A DNA stretch of 64,000 nt from positions 2,280,134-2,344,133 of the forward strand of contig OZ220689.1 in the NCBI GenBank assembly GCA_965116425.1, written 5' to 3'. Position numbers and translations under genes: made by a program. Within the stretch, counting starts at the first letter, position 1. Every line of letters begins with the position of its first letter. The notes under the pieces were generated by a model. It was given only the letters and a program-made list of their open reading frames with translations, ran no database searches and was not told the origin of the DNA. This DNA is from Phototrophicaceae bacterium. GTDB taxonomy: Bacteria; Chloroflexota; Anaerolineae; Aggregatilineales; Phototrophicaceae. Shown one piece after another: positions 36,952-47,260 of this stretch.

Positions 36952-37929
36952 ATGCGAGAGATTACATACACCGAAGCGGCTCGCGAAGCGCTGGCCGAGC
37001 AGATGGCGATAGACCCCAGCATCTTTGTTGTAGGCGAAGGCATCGGGGAGCGCGGCGGAAACTTCAATACCACCTTGGGGCTGTACGAGAAATACGGGCC
37101 GATGCGACTGCGGGATACGCCGATAGTCGAACGAGGATTTATCGGCATGTGTACCGGCGCCGCCATGACCGGAACTCGCCCTGTCGTCGACTTTATGATC
37201 GTCGATTTCATCCTGGATTCAATCGGCGAATTGTTCAACCAGATTTCGAAGATTCAATATATGAGCAGCGGGCGAATCAAGATGCCGCTGGTATTGCGTG
37301 GTTGTTTTGGGATTGGCGGCGCCGCCGCTACACACCATTCCGGCAGCTATTATCCTCTATTTGTGCATATTCCCGGTTTCCGCGTGGCCTTGCCCTCGAC
37401 GCCCTATGACGCTAAGGGTCTCATGAGGACTGCGCTGACGGGAGATGATCCTGTCCTGTTCCTGGAGCATAAACTTCTGCTCAACAAGCGCGGGCATGTG
37501 CCGGAAGAAGCATACAGCATTCCCTTCGGCCAGGCGGCTGTCGTCCGGTCAGGCGGTGACGCCACCGTAGTCGCCTTGACCGTGATGCTGCAGAAAGTGC
37601 TCGCCATCAGCGAGGAATTGGCGCGGGAGGGCACGGAGATTGAAGTGATCGACCCGCGCACAGTGGCGCCGCTGGATATAGACACAATACTCGAATCGGT
37701 TCACAAGACCGGCCGTCTGCTGATTGTCGACGAAACTTTTGGTCCCTGCGGCATTGGCGCGGAAATCAGCGCGCTGGTAATGGAAAACGGATTTGACGAT
37801 TTAGACGCGCCCATCGCCCGCTTGAATGGCATGCATACACCGACTCCCTACAGCCCAACTTTGGAAGGCGCCATCACGCCTGATCAAGCCGCGATCGCCG
37901 GGGCGATTCGGGATTTGCTGGCGGAGTAG
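36952..37929 (+). CDS. 2-oxoacid dehydrogenase E1 beta subunit
   Basis: ATG at 36952 gives MREITYTEAAREAL. VFVVGEGIGERGG and DTPIVE motifs. Starts 4 nt after the alpha-subunit stop. Confidence 0.85.
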   Translation: MREITYTEAAREALAEQMAIDPSIFVVGEGIGERGGNFNTTLGLYEKYGPMRLRDTPIVERGFIGMCTGAAMTGTRPVVDFMIVDFILDSIGELFNQISKIQYMSSGRIKMPLVLRGCFGIGGAAATHHSGSYYPLFVHIPGFRVALPSTPYDAKGLMRTALTGDDPVLFLEHKLLLNKRGHVPEEAYSIPFGQAAVVRSGGDATVVALTVMLQKVLAISEELAREGTEIEVIDPRTVAPLDIDTILESVHKTGRLLIVDETFGPCGIGAEISALVMENGFDDLDAPIARLNGMHTPTPYSPTLEGAITPDQAAIAGAIRDLLAE

Positions 37930-38008
37930 CCGCAGCGCGTGGCTTCTGCCAGATAGCATAACTTTCGCTGTCTCAGTGGGTAGAATGGCGGACTAGATAG
38001 GCTGGCGT

Positions 38009-39358
38009 ATGGCAATAGAAATCGTAATGCCCAAACTCGGCTGGACCATGGAAGAAGGCGTCCTTGACGAGTGGGTCAAACAAGATGGCGACGAAGTGCA
38101 AGCGGGCGACATCATCTTTGTAGTCGAGAGCGACAAAGCCCTGCAGGAGATCGAAGCTTTTGACAGCGGAATTCTGCGTATATTGCCGGATGCGCCGTCG
38201 CTGGGTTCGATGGTGAAGATAGGTGAGCTTCTAGCTTATCTCGTAGCGCCGGGTGAAGCGCCGCCTTTTGAGCTGGAAGAAACACCAACTGTGGCGACAT
38301 CCATTCAGTCGGCTGAGTCACCTGCCCCCGCCAGCCAAGCCGCCTACCCAAAGGAACGCCGAGAGTCTCGAAGCGGCGGCCCTGCTGCCAGCCCGCGTGC
38401 GAAACGCATCGCCGCCGAACTCAACATCGACTGGTCGAGCTTGACCGGCAGCGGGAGCGGCGGACGCATCGTGGAAAGGGACGTACGCGCAGCTGCCGAG
38501 GTGGCTACCGCAACGCCTGAGGGTGACCTCAGGATTACGCCGGTCGCGCGCCGCGTTGCGCAGCATGCCGGCCTCGACCTCGATGAGCTGGCGGCGCGTT
38601 TTGCTGGCGCTCGCGTCACCCGCGAGGATGTGGAGAAACTTGCCGCCGAGCGTGAAGCTATCCCGGATGACCGACGGGTAGCGATGACCCGCGTACATCG
38701 AGTGACGCGCGACCGCATGGTTGAAAGCGCGCGGACCGCGGCGCCGGTTACGCTCACAAGCGAAGTCGATGCGACTGAGCTGGTGCAGTTGCGCCGCAAA
38801 CTCAAAGCCGACGGCGCTGGCATCGTACCGACTTATACGGATCTGCTGACGACACTGGTGGCCAGGGCGCTGCGCGAGCACCCGGCGCTCAACGCCTCGA
38901 TAGAAGGCGACGAAGTCATCCTGCGCGGCGCGATCAACATTGCCGTGGCGGTTGATAGCGAACGGGGCCTGTTCGCGCCGGTCATTGCTGGCGCGGATAG
39001 GCTGTCACTGCTGGAGCTGACAACAGCGAGCGCCGACCTGGTGATGCTCGCCAGACAAGGCAAGCTCAAGGCGGATCAGCTCCACGGCGCAACCTTCACC
39101 ATAACCAATCTGGGCATGTACGACATTGACGCCTTCACACCAATTATCAGCTTGCCGCAAGCTGCCGTCCTGGGCATCGGGCGGATCGTGGCGCGGCAAG
39201 TCGTGATTAATGCGGAAGCGGAACGCACCGCCATTCGGCACATGCTTACACTTAGCTTGACCTTCGACCATCGGCTGACGGATGGCGCTCCGGCCGCGCG
39301 CTTCTTGCAGCGCGTGGGGCAATATGTAGAAACACCTTATCTCTGGCTTGTGAACTAA
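38009..39358 (+). CDS. Dihydrolipoamide acyltransferase E2 component
   Basis: Lipoyl domain (VVESDKALQEIEA), peripheral subunit-binding domain (ASPRAKRIAAELNID), and catalytic motif (LSLTFDHRLTDGA). Confidence 0.85.
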   Translation: MAIEIVMPKLGWTMEEGVLDEWVKQDGDEVQAGDIIFVVESDKALQEIEAFDSGILRILPDAPSLGSMVKIGELLAYLVAPGEAPPFELEETPTVATSIQSAESPAPASQAAYPKERRESRSGGPAASPRAKRIAAELNIDWSSLTGSGSGGRIVERDVRAAAEVATATPEGDLRITPVARRVAQHAGLDLDELAARFAGARVTREDVEKLAAEREAIPDDRRVAMTRVHRVTRDRMVESARTAAPVTLTSEVDATELVQLRRKLKADGAGIVPTYTDLLTTLVARALREHPALNASIEGDEVILRGAINIAVAVDSERGLFAPVIAGADRLSLLELTTASADLVMLARQGKLKADQLHGATFTITNLGMYDIDAFTPIISLPQAAVLGIGRIVARQVVINAEAERTAIRHMLTLSLTFDHRLTDGAPAARFLQRVGQYVETPYLWLVN

Positions 39359-39375
39359 GTGGCGAGGACAAATGC

Positions 39376-40242
39376 ATGAAGCTGGTTACCTACGTAAAAG
39401 ACGGCGAAAATCGGCCCGGCGCTATTGTCAAGCGAGACGGTCGAGAGGCCATCGTCGACCTGCTGGCGGCCGATGCTTCACTTCCTTCCAGCATACGCGC
39501 GCTGCTGGAAGCCGGTCCGCTGGCCTTGCAAAAGGCGGAAACTGCCGCTGAAGAAGCAACTGACCTTCTCGAAATGAGCGCGATCAAACTGGCGGCGCCA
39601 ATCCCGAATCCCGACAAAATCCTTTGTATCGGCCTGAATTATGCCGATCATGCCGCGGAATCAGGCCAGCCGCTGCCAGACTATCCGATCGTCTTCAGCA
39701 AGTACAGCAATACTGTGATCGGCAGCGGCGACGCCATCGTGCTGCCAAAAGTGACCGATCAAGTCGATTATGAAGCCGAGCTGGGCTTTGTCATCGGCAA
39801 GCGGGCTCGTCACGTTTCAGAAGCGGATGCTTTGGAATATGTCGCCGGCTATCTGAACGTCAATGATGTCAGCGCGCGCGACTACCAGACCCGCACCAGC
39901 CAGTGGACCATGGGCAAATCTTTCGATACCTTCGCGCCGATGGGACCGGCACTTGTCACCGCGGACGAATTGCCCGACCCGCATAATCTCGCCATTCGCT
40001 TGTGGATCGGCGATGATACTCTGCAAGATTCCAGCACCAGCCAACTGATCTTCAGTGTGCCGCAGCTCCTTGCCGATATCAGCGAGGTGATGACCTTGGA
40101 GCCCGGCGATATTGTGTCGACCGGTACGCCCCCGGGCGTCGGCGCCGCGCGTACACCACCGCGCTGGCTCAGGCCCGGCGAAACGGTCAATATGGAAATC
40201 GAGGGCTTGGGCATACTGAGCAATCCGGTAGTTGCCGAGTAG
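39376..40242 (+). CDS. Fumarylacetoacetate hydrolase (FAH) family protein
   Basis: KILCIGLNYADHAAE, DYEAELGFVIGK and GDIVSTGTPPGVG. Confidence 0.85.
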   Translation: MKLVTYVKDGENRPGAIVKRDGREAIVDLLAADASLPSSIRALLEAGPLALQKAETAAEEATDLLEMSAIKLAAPIPNPDKILCIGLNYADHAAESGQPLPDYPIVFSKYSNTVIGSGDAIVLPKVTDQVDYEAELGFVIGKRARHVSEADALEYVAGYLNVNDVSARDYQTRTSQWTMGKSFDTFAPMGPALVTADELPDPHNLAIRLWIGDDTLQDSSTSQLIFSVPQLLADISEVMTLEPGDIVSTGTPPGVGAARTPPRWLRPGETVNMEIEGLGILSNPVVAE

Positions 40243-40262
40243 CGCCGGGCGGCAGGGCCTTG

Positions 40263-41063
40263 CTAAGCGCACGGACCGGGTGTACCGCCCGCATTCAGCG
40301 CCAGGTTGCCGCCATCCAGCGGAATCAATGCGCCAGTGATCCAAGCCGAGGCATCCGATGCCAGAAAGACTGTCGGACCAGCAATGTCTTCAGGCTGCCC
40401 CATACGTCCGATTGGTATGCCCGACAGGAATTGTGCTTCCAGCTGCGGGTCGGCTTGCATGCGCTCCGCCAAGCCCGGGTTGACTACTTGCGCTGGCAGT
40501 ATCGCGTTGACGCGCACACCTCGGCCGCTCCACTCCGTGCTGAGTTCTCGCGTCATTTGCGCGACGCCATCCATGCCGACACTGTACGGGAAATTTCCGC
40601 GACCCAAAGCCGACACACCGCCGATCGAGCAGATATTAATGATGCTGCCTTTTCCCCCCGCTAACATCCGACGACCCGCCTCCTGACAACAGCAGAAACG
40701 CGCCACCGTCAGGCCAAGGATGATATCCGACATCAGCTCGAGTTCGATGTCTTCCGGCCTCCCTAACTGCCCTGGCCCGGCGACATTGCCCAGAATATCT
40801 AACTGACCGAATTCGCGATCAAGTTCCCTGAACATCGCTCGAATCTGTTCGATGTCCGTTACATCACAGGTCACGGGAAGCGCCCGTCGGCCCATCTTGC
40901 GGATGGCGTCGGCAGTGGTTTCCAGCTGCGCCGTATTGATGTCGGCAATTAGCAGGTCGGCGCCGGCATCAGCGAGCGCGAGCGTCATGGCGCGCCCCAT
41001 TCCTTGCGCGGCGCCGGTAACCAGCGCCACACGTCCGCTTAAGTCAAACAGCTTCGGAATCAT
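40263..41063 (-). CDS. SDR family oxidoreductase
   Basis: TGAAQGMG cofactor motif, and YSVGMDG in place of the classical YxxxK region. Confidence 0.8.
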   Translation of the reverse strand: MIPKLFDLSGRVALVTGAAQGMGRAMTLALADAGADLLIADINTAQLETTADAIRKMGRRALPVTCDVTDIEQIRAMFRELDREFGQLDILGNVAGPGQLGRPEDIELELMSDIILGLTVARFCCCQEAGRRMLAGGKGSIINICSIGGVSALGRGNFPYSVGMDGVAQMTRELSTEWSGRGVRVNAILPAQVVNPGLAERMQADPQLEAQFLSGIPIGRMGQPEDIAGPTVFLASDASAWITGALIPLDGGNLALNAGGTPGPCA

Positions 41064-41568
41064 AATTGGATCACCTTTCTAGGCGATGAGCTCGTTTAGC
41101 TGGGACGCATCCTGCGTCAATACAACATTGTAACGAGGAACCACTTCAAATTGGCGTCCGCTTGACTCGTGCCACGCCGCTGCTTGCCGAGCGGCTGATG
41201 TCACCGCAGCGACCAGCTATTAACTCGAACTGCACAAGAACTATGTGCAGCAAAATCTGTATAATGCTGAATCTGCCGCCAGAAGCGTGATGATAATTGG
41301 GGCAATCACAACATTTGGCGACTAGCAGCAATCGTCGATGTCGATCGGCAGTTTGCTTCAGTATAGCCTTCTGTGAAGCAAACCGGGCACGATGATAGAT
41401 GTAGCTATCTTGCCCAACAAGCATCACGAAGCTGAAGTCGAACGACTACCTTCGCAGCAGATTACGTAGTTTGTAGTGCTATTCTTTATCATGTAAATGA
41501 CAATTTTCCCAATAGATAGTTGACCTCGAAAAGGCAATCCTTGTTCGAAATTATCATTCTCCCGGATA

Positions 41569-41856
41569 GTGAATCAGCTACCCAGCTCCCACTGTTTTAT
41601 CGCGCGGCGGTCGTCGCCGACTTCAGATGAGGTGGTAGCGCTTGTTGTAGGGAAAACGGCATCCGCGGCTGGTTTGGGCAAGCTGGCGTCGCACGATTTG
41701 CGCCGGACCCTGATCACCGTTGGTTTGAAATCTGGCGGGCATGTGCGCGATCTGCAGGAGCAGGCGGGTCATGCCAATGCGGCCACCACGCTGCGCTATG
41801 CGCAGGCATCGGATGCGCGGGCGAGACGCGAGAAAATCCGGCTGCCGTTCGCATGA
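41569..41856 (+). pseudogene. Tyrosine recombinase (phage integrase family), C-terminal fragment only
   Basis: Carries only the last catalytic segment, ...SHDLRRTLITVGLKSGGHVRDLQEQAGHANAATTLRYAQ (HxxR ... H ... Y). No upstream catalytic Arg region or core-binding domain. Confidence 0.65.
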
Positions 41857-42253
41857 AGGTTGCGCTAGGACATCGATTCTGCTGTGACTTGCTGTGTACT
41901 GCGATCCTGAATGTGCCTCGGCCCGATCAGATCATGGCCGGAATGTCGGCGGATGGTCTGTATCATATCAGACCGCCTATCAAGTACGAAAAGGAAGGTT
42001 TACGTACATCATATTGCTGGTCTGATATGTATACAAAAGACGCCGACGTGGTCACGTGGATTAGCACAAATTATCGGAGCGTTACCGCGAGCATAATATT
42101 GGGGTAACTGGTTCTATGTGGCGGGCTGTTGCGCAGATAGTTGTGCAGGCGGTCAAAATTGCTGTTTTGTAGAGTGTTCCTGTGATACCGACCAGTGCGC
42201 TGGCTGGCCCGACTGCTTCAATCCCTCAATGACGAAATCAGCAAGCGATCTGC

Positions 42254-42940
42254 TTGGGATACACCTCGAGATGGCGGAGCCTGGAATCGCCCGCTGACTC
42301 CCATAGGTCGGAAATTGCACAAGACAGGCGAGTAGAGACAGTGTGGCACATGGAGACCTTGCCCCGCGTTCTCGTTGGCGCGGGATCATGTAAATCGCCC
42401 GCGGACGCCGTAAACAGTCTTGTACTGCAATTCGATTTTGGTCCCTCGCTGTATTCTTATCCCCGCCCGGTCACAGAGTTTATTTGGACGGCGCTTCCCT
42501 GGACGCTGGGCTTGCTCGGCGTTTCAATTGTCATCGGCAATTTCATCGGTTTGCTGGCCGGTTTTTTTCATAACAGCAGATTTGCCACCACGCTGGAAGT
42601 GGTCGGCGTCGTGCTGTATCCGATTCCTTATTACATTCTCGCGCTCGTTCTCATTCTGCAATTCGCTTATATCTGGCAGTGGTTTCCGCTTTCGACGACC
42701 ATCCGCCCCGGCCCGCTGACTTGGAAGAAGGTCAACGTCATCATCTACAACTCATTTTTGCCGGCCATGACGCTGATTCTGGCGGGCTTCGGCTGGAATA
42801 TCCTCAGTATGAAGGCCTTGGCTTTCGCCACCAAAGAAGAGCCTTACGTCGTCTTCGCCCGGCTAAAATCGGTGGCGACGGCGGCCTTCATCATCGACCT
42901 CCTCTATCCCTTGATTGATCCGCGGATTCGGCTGAGGTAG
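42254..42940 (+). pseudogene. Opp/Dpp-type ABC permease (OppB-like), N-terminally truncated with internal deletion
   Basis: Homology begins mid-protein (...QFDFGPSLYSYPRPVTEFIW...). The segment between ...YVVFARLKSV and ATAAFIIDLLYPLIDPRIRL, roughly 70 aa in typical homologues, is missing. Confidence 0.6.
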
Positions 42941-42944
42941 GCGT

Positions 42945-43769
42945 GTGAGGCTCAACTTTCGGCTGAAACTCGGCATCGTTATCTTGCTGATTCTCACCAT
43001 CGGCAGCTTTGTTTTGCCTATCTTCACCGATGTCAATCCGTCGGAGCAGGGCACCTACTTCAAGAATATGCCGGTCAGCCGGGATCATTTGCTGGGGACA
43101 AATTCTATCGGCCAGGATATCTTTTGGTATTTGGTGTTTGCATTGCGCAATTCGCTGGTGCTGGGCGTTGGCGTCAGCTTCTTCGCCGTTATTCTTTCGC
43201 TGCTGCTGGGCTTGAGTTCCGGCTACGTCGGTGGTGTATACGACCGCCTCATCATGCTGGTCATGGATTCTTTCATCGCCATTCCCAGCTTTCCGATTCT
43301 GATTGTCCTGGGCACACTGATACGCGGTCAGACATCGTTCTGGTATCTTGGCACGGTCCTGGTCATATTCGGCTGGGCTTGGAACGCGCGAACGGTGCGT
43401 TCGATGGCGCTGTCCTTGCGCGAGCGCGAATTCATCAACACGGCGCGCTTCTCCGGCAGCAGCACCTTGGAGATCATCCTCTACGAGATATTTCCCCACG
43501 TCTATGCCTACCTGGTTGTCGGCTTCATCAATTCAATTCTGTTCGTAATCAATACCGAAGCTGCGCTCGCCGTCATCGGATTAAGCAACGTGGAAGTGCC
43601 TACTCTAGGTTCCATCATCTTCTGGGCCTTGAATTACAATGCGATGTTCATCGGCCAATATATGTGGATTGTGGCGCCGGTCGTGACGACCGTACTGCTC
43701 TTCCTCGGCTTGTTCCTTACATCGACCGGCTACAACCAGCATTTCGCCACCAGAAGAGGACACTCATGA
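42945..43769 (+). CDS. Opp/Dpp-type ABC permease (OppC-like)
   Basis: 274 aa, GTG start. HLLGTNSIGQDIF and REREFINTARFSG motifs. Confidence 0.75.
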   Translation: MRLNFRLKLGIVILLILTIGSFVLPIFTDVNPSEQGTYFKNMPVSRDHLLGTNSIGQDIFWYLVFALRNSLVLGVGVSFFAVILSLLLGLSSGYVGGVYDRLIMLVMDSFIAIPSFPILIVLGTLIRGQTSFWYLGTVLVIFGWAWNARTVRSMALSLREREFINTARFSGSSTLEIILYEIFPHVYAYLVVGFINSILFVINTEAALAVIGLSNVEVPTLGSIIFWALNYNAMFIGQYMWIVAPVVTTVLLFLGLFLTSTGYNQHFATRRGHS

Positions 43770-44739
43770 TCAGGCTGAATGAGCTGGTGGCGACCTACAC
43801 GACCGTGCGCGGCAGCGTCAAGGCGGTTGAAGGCGTCGATCTGTCTATCCCCGAGGGCAATATCGTCGGCATCGCTGGGGAATCGGGTTGCGGCAAGTCT
43901 ACTTTGCTCAAGGTCGTCTATGGCGATTTGACGTATCCACTGGCGTTGGAGCAGGGAGAAGTCAATTATGGCTTCGCCGATAATGACGGACGAGAGGTCA
44001 CATCCGCGACGATTCAAGAGCACTGGTTCAAACGCATTTCGTATATTCCGCAAAGCTCGATGAGTTCGCTCAATCCGGTGATACGCATCCGCAAGCAGTT
44101 CGTCGACTTTCTGGAGCCGAAGGCGAACAAAGACGAGACGCTTGATCGCGTCCGCCAGTACATTCAGCAACTGGAGCTACCCGCCGAAGCGCTGGACGCT
44201 TACCCACATCAATTGTCCGGTGGCATGCGTCAGCGCATGATGGTCGCGTTAGCGACCTTCTTCCAGCCGGATATCATCCTCGCCGATGAGCCGACAACGG
44301 CGCTCGATGTGGTGGTGCAGAAGGGCATTCTCTTGCTGCTGCTCAAATTGCAGCGGCAGATGGGCAACACTATTCTGTTTGTCTCGCATGACATGGGCGT
44401 CCACTTTCAAATTTCGCACCGCATGATCATTATGTACGCAGCCAAAGTGGTGGAATACGGTGAGTCCCCCGACGTCTTTTCTGCGCCGCTCCATCCCTAC
44501 ACGCGGATGCTGATCGAATCGCTGCCAGACATCGGCGATGACCACTTGCGCGCGGGGGTGTCAGGCAGGCCACCCAGCTTGTGGGACGACTTAAGCGGCT
44601 GTCGCTTTGCGGCGCGCTGCCCCCTCGCGACCGAACTTTGCCGGCAAGAGGAGCCGCCGCTGACGGAGCATCGTCCCAATAATTCGCTGCCTGTCACTTC
44701 GCCGGGGAAGACATTCCGGACGTGGAGCCACCGTTATGA
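43766..44739 (+). CDS. Opp/Dpp-type ABC ATP-binding protein (OppD-like) with a 3'-proximal frameshift
   Basis: Real start is ATG 43766 (MIRLNELVATY...), overlapping the permease stop. Walker A GESGCGKST, signature LSGGMRQR. The canonical C-terminus FAACHFAGEDIPDVEPPL* is in another frame from nt 44683 (T2 where T3 would restore it) and ends in the ATGA overlap with the next gene. Confidence 0.7.
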
Positions 44740-45719
44740 AGACAATTCTAAAGACCAAGGACTTGCAAAAGGTTTACCGGCTCGGTGGATTCATAAACCG
44801 CGTGCGCATCAACGCCTTGGACAAGGTGAACCTGCATGTGCAAAGTGACGAGCCGGTAATTATTAGCTTGGTCGGCGAATCTGGCAGTGGCAAGACGACC
44901 CTGGCGAAAGTGATGCTACGCCTGATTGCGCCGAATGATGGACAAGCGATGGTCTACGATCAAGTGGTGGCGGGGAAGGGCGCCAAAACGGACAAGAAGA
45001 CTTTCATGTCCATGGTGCAGCCGATATTCCAGAATCCCTTCGAGGCCTTCAGCAATTACCGCACGGTTGATGCCTACTTGTTGCGGACAGCGATGAAAGT
45101 GTCGGGGGCAAAGGGGGCCGAAGCGGAGGACTTGGTGGAAGATGCGCTGGTCGCGGTGAGCATGCATTACGCTGATGTCAAAGGCAAATACCCCAATCAA
45201 TTCTCCGGCGGCGAATTGCAGCGTATCTCGGTCGCGCGCGCTTTGATCCCCAAGCCGAGTATCATCATCGCTGATGAGCCGGTCAGCATGATTGACGCGT
45301 CCCTGCGGATGAACGTCATCAATCTCTTCCTCAAGCTGAAAGAGGAGACGCGGACGAGCTTCCTCTATATCACGCATGATCTGGCGACCGCTTACTACAT
45401 CAGCGATTACATAGCCGTGATGTATCGCGGCACGATAGTCGAATTCGGCAATGCCCGCGCAATCCTGTCCGATCCGCAGCATCCATATACACAGCTGCTG
45501 CTGGGTTCGGTGGCGACGATGGGCAAGAAATGGGAAGAAGCCGACATCGCCATGCAAGATATGGAAGCGGTAGATTTTGTCGCCGAAGGCTGTCGCTTTC
45601 GCCATCGCTGCCCGCTCGCCGAGCAGATTTGCGCCGACTTGCGTCCCGGCGAGACCCCCATGCCGGATGGACGCGAAGTGTATTGCCATATCGTTGAACG
45701 AGAATTGGAGCAAGCATGA
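44736..45719 (+). CDS. Opp/Dpp-type ABC ATP-binding protein (OppF-like)
   Basis: Walker A GESGSGKTT, signature FSGGELQR, Walker B IIADEPVS. Confidence 0.85.
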   Translation: MKTILKTKDLQKVYRLGGFINRVRINALDKVNLHVQSDEPVIISLVGESGSGKTTLAKVMLRLIAPNDGQAMVYDQVVAGKGAKTDKKTFMSMVQPIFQNPFEAFSNYRTVDAYLLRTAMKVSGAKGAEAEDLVEDALVAVSMHYADVKGKYPNQFSGGELQRISVARALIPKPSIIIADEPVSMIDASLRMNVINLFLKLKEETRTSFLYITHDLATAYYISDYIAVMYRGTIVEFGNARAILSDPQHPYTQLLLGSVATMGKKWEEADIAMQDMEAVDFVAEGCRFRHRCPLAEQICADLRPGETPMPDGREVYCHIVERELEQA

Positions 45720-47233
45720 GCATCGAAAAATGGGGCATGTATGAACTTGAACTGGCCGGTTCCGCGGAGGGCAATGCCTTCCTTGATGTTAAGCTCAGCG
45801 CGCAGTTTCGCTGTGGCGAAACTGTCATTGAAACGCCTGGCTTTTACGATGGCGGCGGCGTATACAAAATCCGTTGTATGCCAACACAAATTGGCGAATG
45901 GCAGTTCCAAACCAGCAGCAATCTCCCCGAACTTGACGGGCAGAGCGGCAGCTTCACATGTACGCCGCCCGGCGCTGACAATCACGGACCGGTTCATGTG
46001 CGTGATCAATTTCACTTCGCTTATGCCGATGGCACACCCTATTACTCATTCGGCACCACTTGCTACGCCTGGATACATCAAGGCGATAAGCTGGAAGAAC
46101 AGACGCTGCAAACGTTGGCGGAGAAGCCCTTCAACAAGATTCGCTTCTGCGTCTTCCCCAAGCATTATCCCTTCAATCGCAATGAGCCCGTCTATTATCC
46201 CTACGCGCGAGATAGCGCGGGCAACAACGACCTGACGCGCTTTGACCCGGCTTTCTTCGCTCATTTCGAAAAGCGCTTATCGCAATTGCTGGAGCTGGGC
46301 ATCGAGGCCGATATTATCATCTGGCACCCTTACGATCGTTGGGGTTACGCCGTCATGGACGAAGAGACCGACTACAGCTACCTGCGCTATCTCATCGCCC
46401 GGCTGGCAGCATTTCGCAATGTCTGGTGGTCGCTGGCGAATGAATACGACTTCATGCTGCGGGACAAACCGATGGAGCGCTGGGACAATTTCTTCCAGAT
46501 CTTGCAAGAGGAAGACCCGTATCAACATCTGCGCTCGATCCATAATGGCGATCCGGCGATGAACTATGACCACACCAAGGACGCCGTCACCCACGTCTGC
46601 ATCCAGAACTGGGATGTAAAGCGCGTCGTCGAATGGCGCGAAGCCTATGGCAAGCCGGTCATTGATGACGAACTTGAATACGAGGGTAATATCCCCTTCT
46701 ACTGGGGTAATATCTCCGCCGAAGAAGAGGTGCATCGCTTCTGGATCATGGTGGCGAATGGCGGCTATGGCGGCCACGGCGAAACTTATATGCACCCGGA
46801 GGACATCCTCTGGTGGTCGAAGGGTAGTGTGTTGCATGGCGATAGCTGGCGCGGCATCGCCTTTCTGCGAGAAATCATCGAACAACTGCCGGGCGGATTG
46901 ACCCCACTTGCGACTGTCGGCGACAACGATCTTTTCCCGCATCCTTTCACCCGTTGGTTCTGGACGCGTGTCAGTGGTGGCGTCAACGGCGGCTGCTATC
47001 TCATCTATCTGGGCGAGCATCAGCAGCAGATCATGCCCAATTATTCCAAGCACGGGCGATACAATGTCGACATCATAGACACGCGCGCGCTGACCATCAC
47101 GCCGGGAGAAATCAAACCCTTCGATCTTGCCAGGATGGAAAGGCAAACGTATTCCGAAAGGACGACGCCGACCTACTACGTCGAATTGCCGACCAAGCCT
47201 TATCTGGCAGTTCGCTTTTCAGAGAAAGGTTAG
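45716..47233 (+). CDS. DUF5060/DUF4038/DUF5605-type putative glycoside hydrolase (GH140-like)
   Basis: 505 aa. N-terminal beta-sandwich (YELEL...GVYKIRCMP...GEWQF), then a TIM-like core (FNKIRFCVFPKHY..., NVWWSLANEYD). Confidence 0.65.
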   Translation: MSIEKWGMYELELAGSAEGNAFLDVKLSAQFRCGETVIETPGFYDGGGVYKIRCMPTQIGEWQFQTSSNLPELDGQSGSFTCTPPGADNHGPVHVRDQFHFAYADGTPYYSFGTTCYAWIHQGDKLEEQTLQTLAEKPFNKIRFCVFPKHYPFNRNEPVYYPYARDSAGNNDLTRFDPAFFAHFEKRLSQLLELGIEADIIIWHPYDRWGYAVMDEETDYSYLRYLIARLAAFRNVWWSLANEYDFMLRDKPMERWDNFFQILQEEDPYQHLRSIHNGDPAMNYDHTKDAVTHVCIQNWDVKRVVEWREAYGKPVIDDELEYEGNIPFYWGNISAEEEVHRFWIMVANGGYGGHGETYMHPEDILWWSKGSVLHGDSWRGIAFLREIIEQLPGGLTPLATVGDNDLFPHPFTRWFWTRVSGGVNGGCYLIYLGEHQQQIMPNYSKHGRYNVDIIDTRALTITPGEIKPFDLARMERQTYSERTTPTYYVELPTKPYLAVRFSEKG

Positions 47234-47260
47234 AAGCGCCGGTTTGAGACCGGCACGGTT

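Noticed and set aside
41146-42107. ORFs 41146..41427 (-), 41853..42107 (+) and 41911..42096 (+) in the AT-rich junction.
   Set aside because: They have no motifs, odd composition, no RBS-like sequences, and lie among obvious gene debris. I cannot support them as genes.
43124-43765. N-terminal 214 codons of the listed 574-aa ORF 43124..44848.
   Set aside because: This part overlaps the OppC-like permease in another frame and is Arg/His-rich nonsense. The ATPase homology starts at ATG 43766 (MIRLNELVATY), which overlaps the permease stop.
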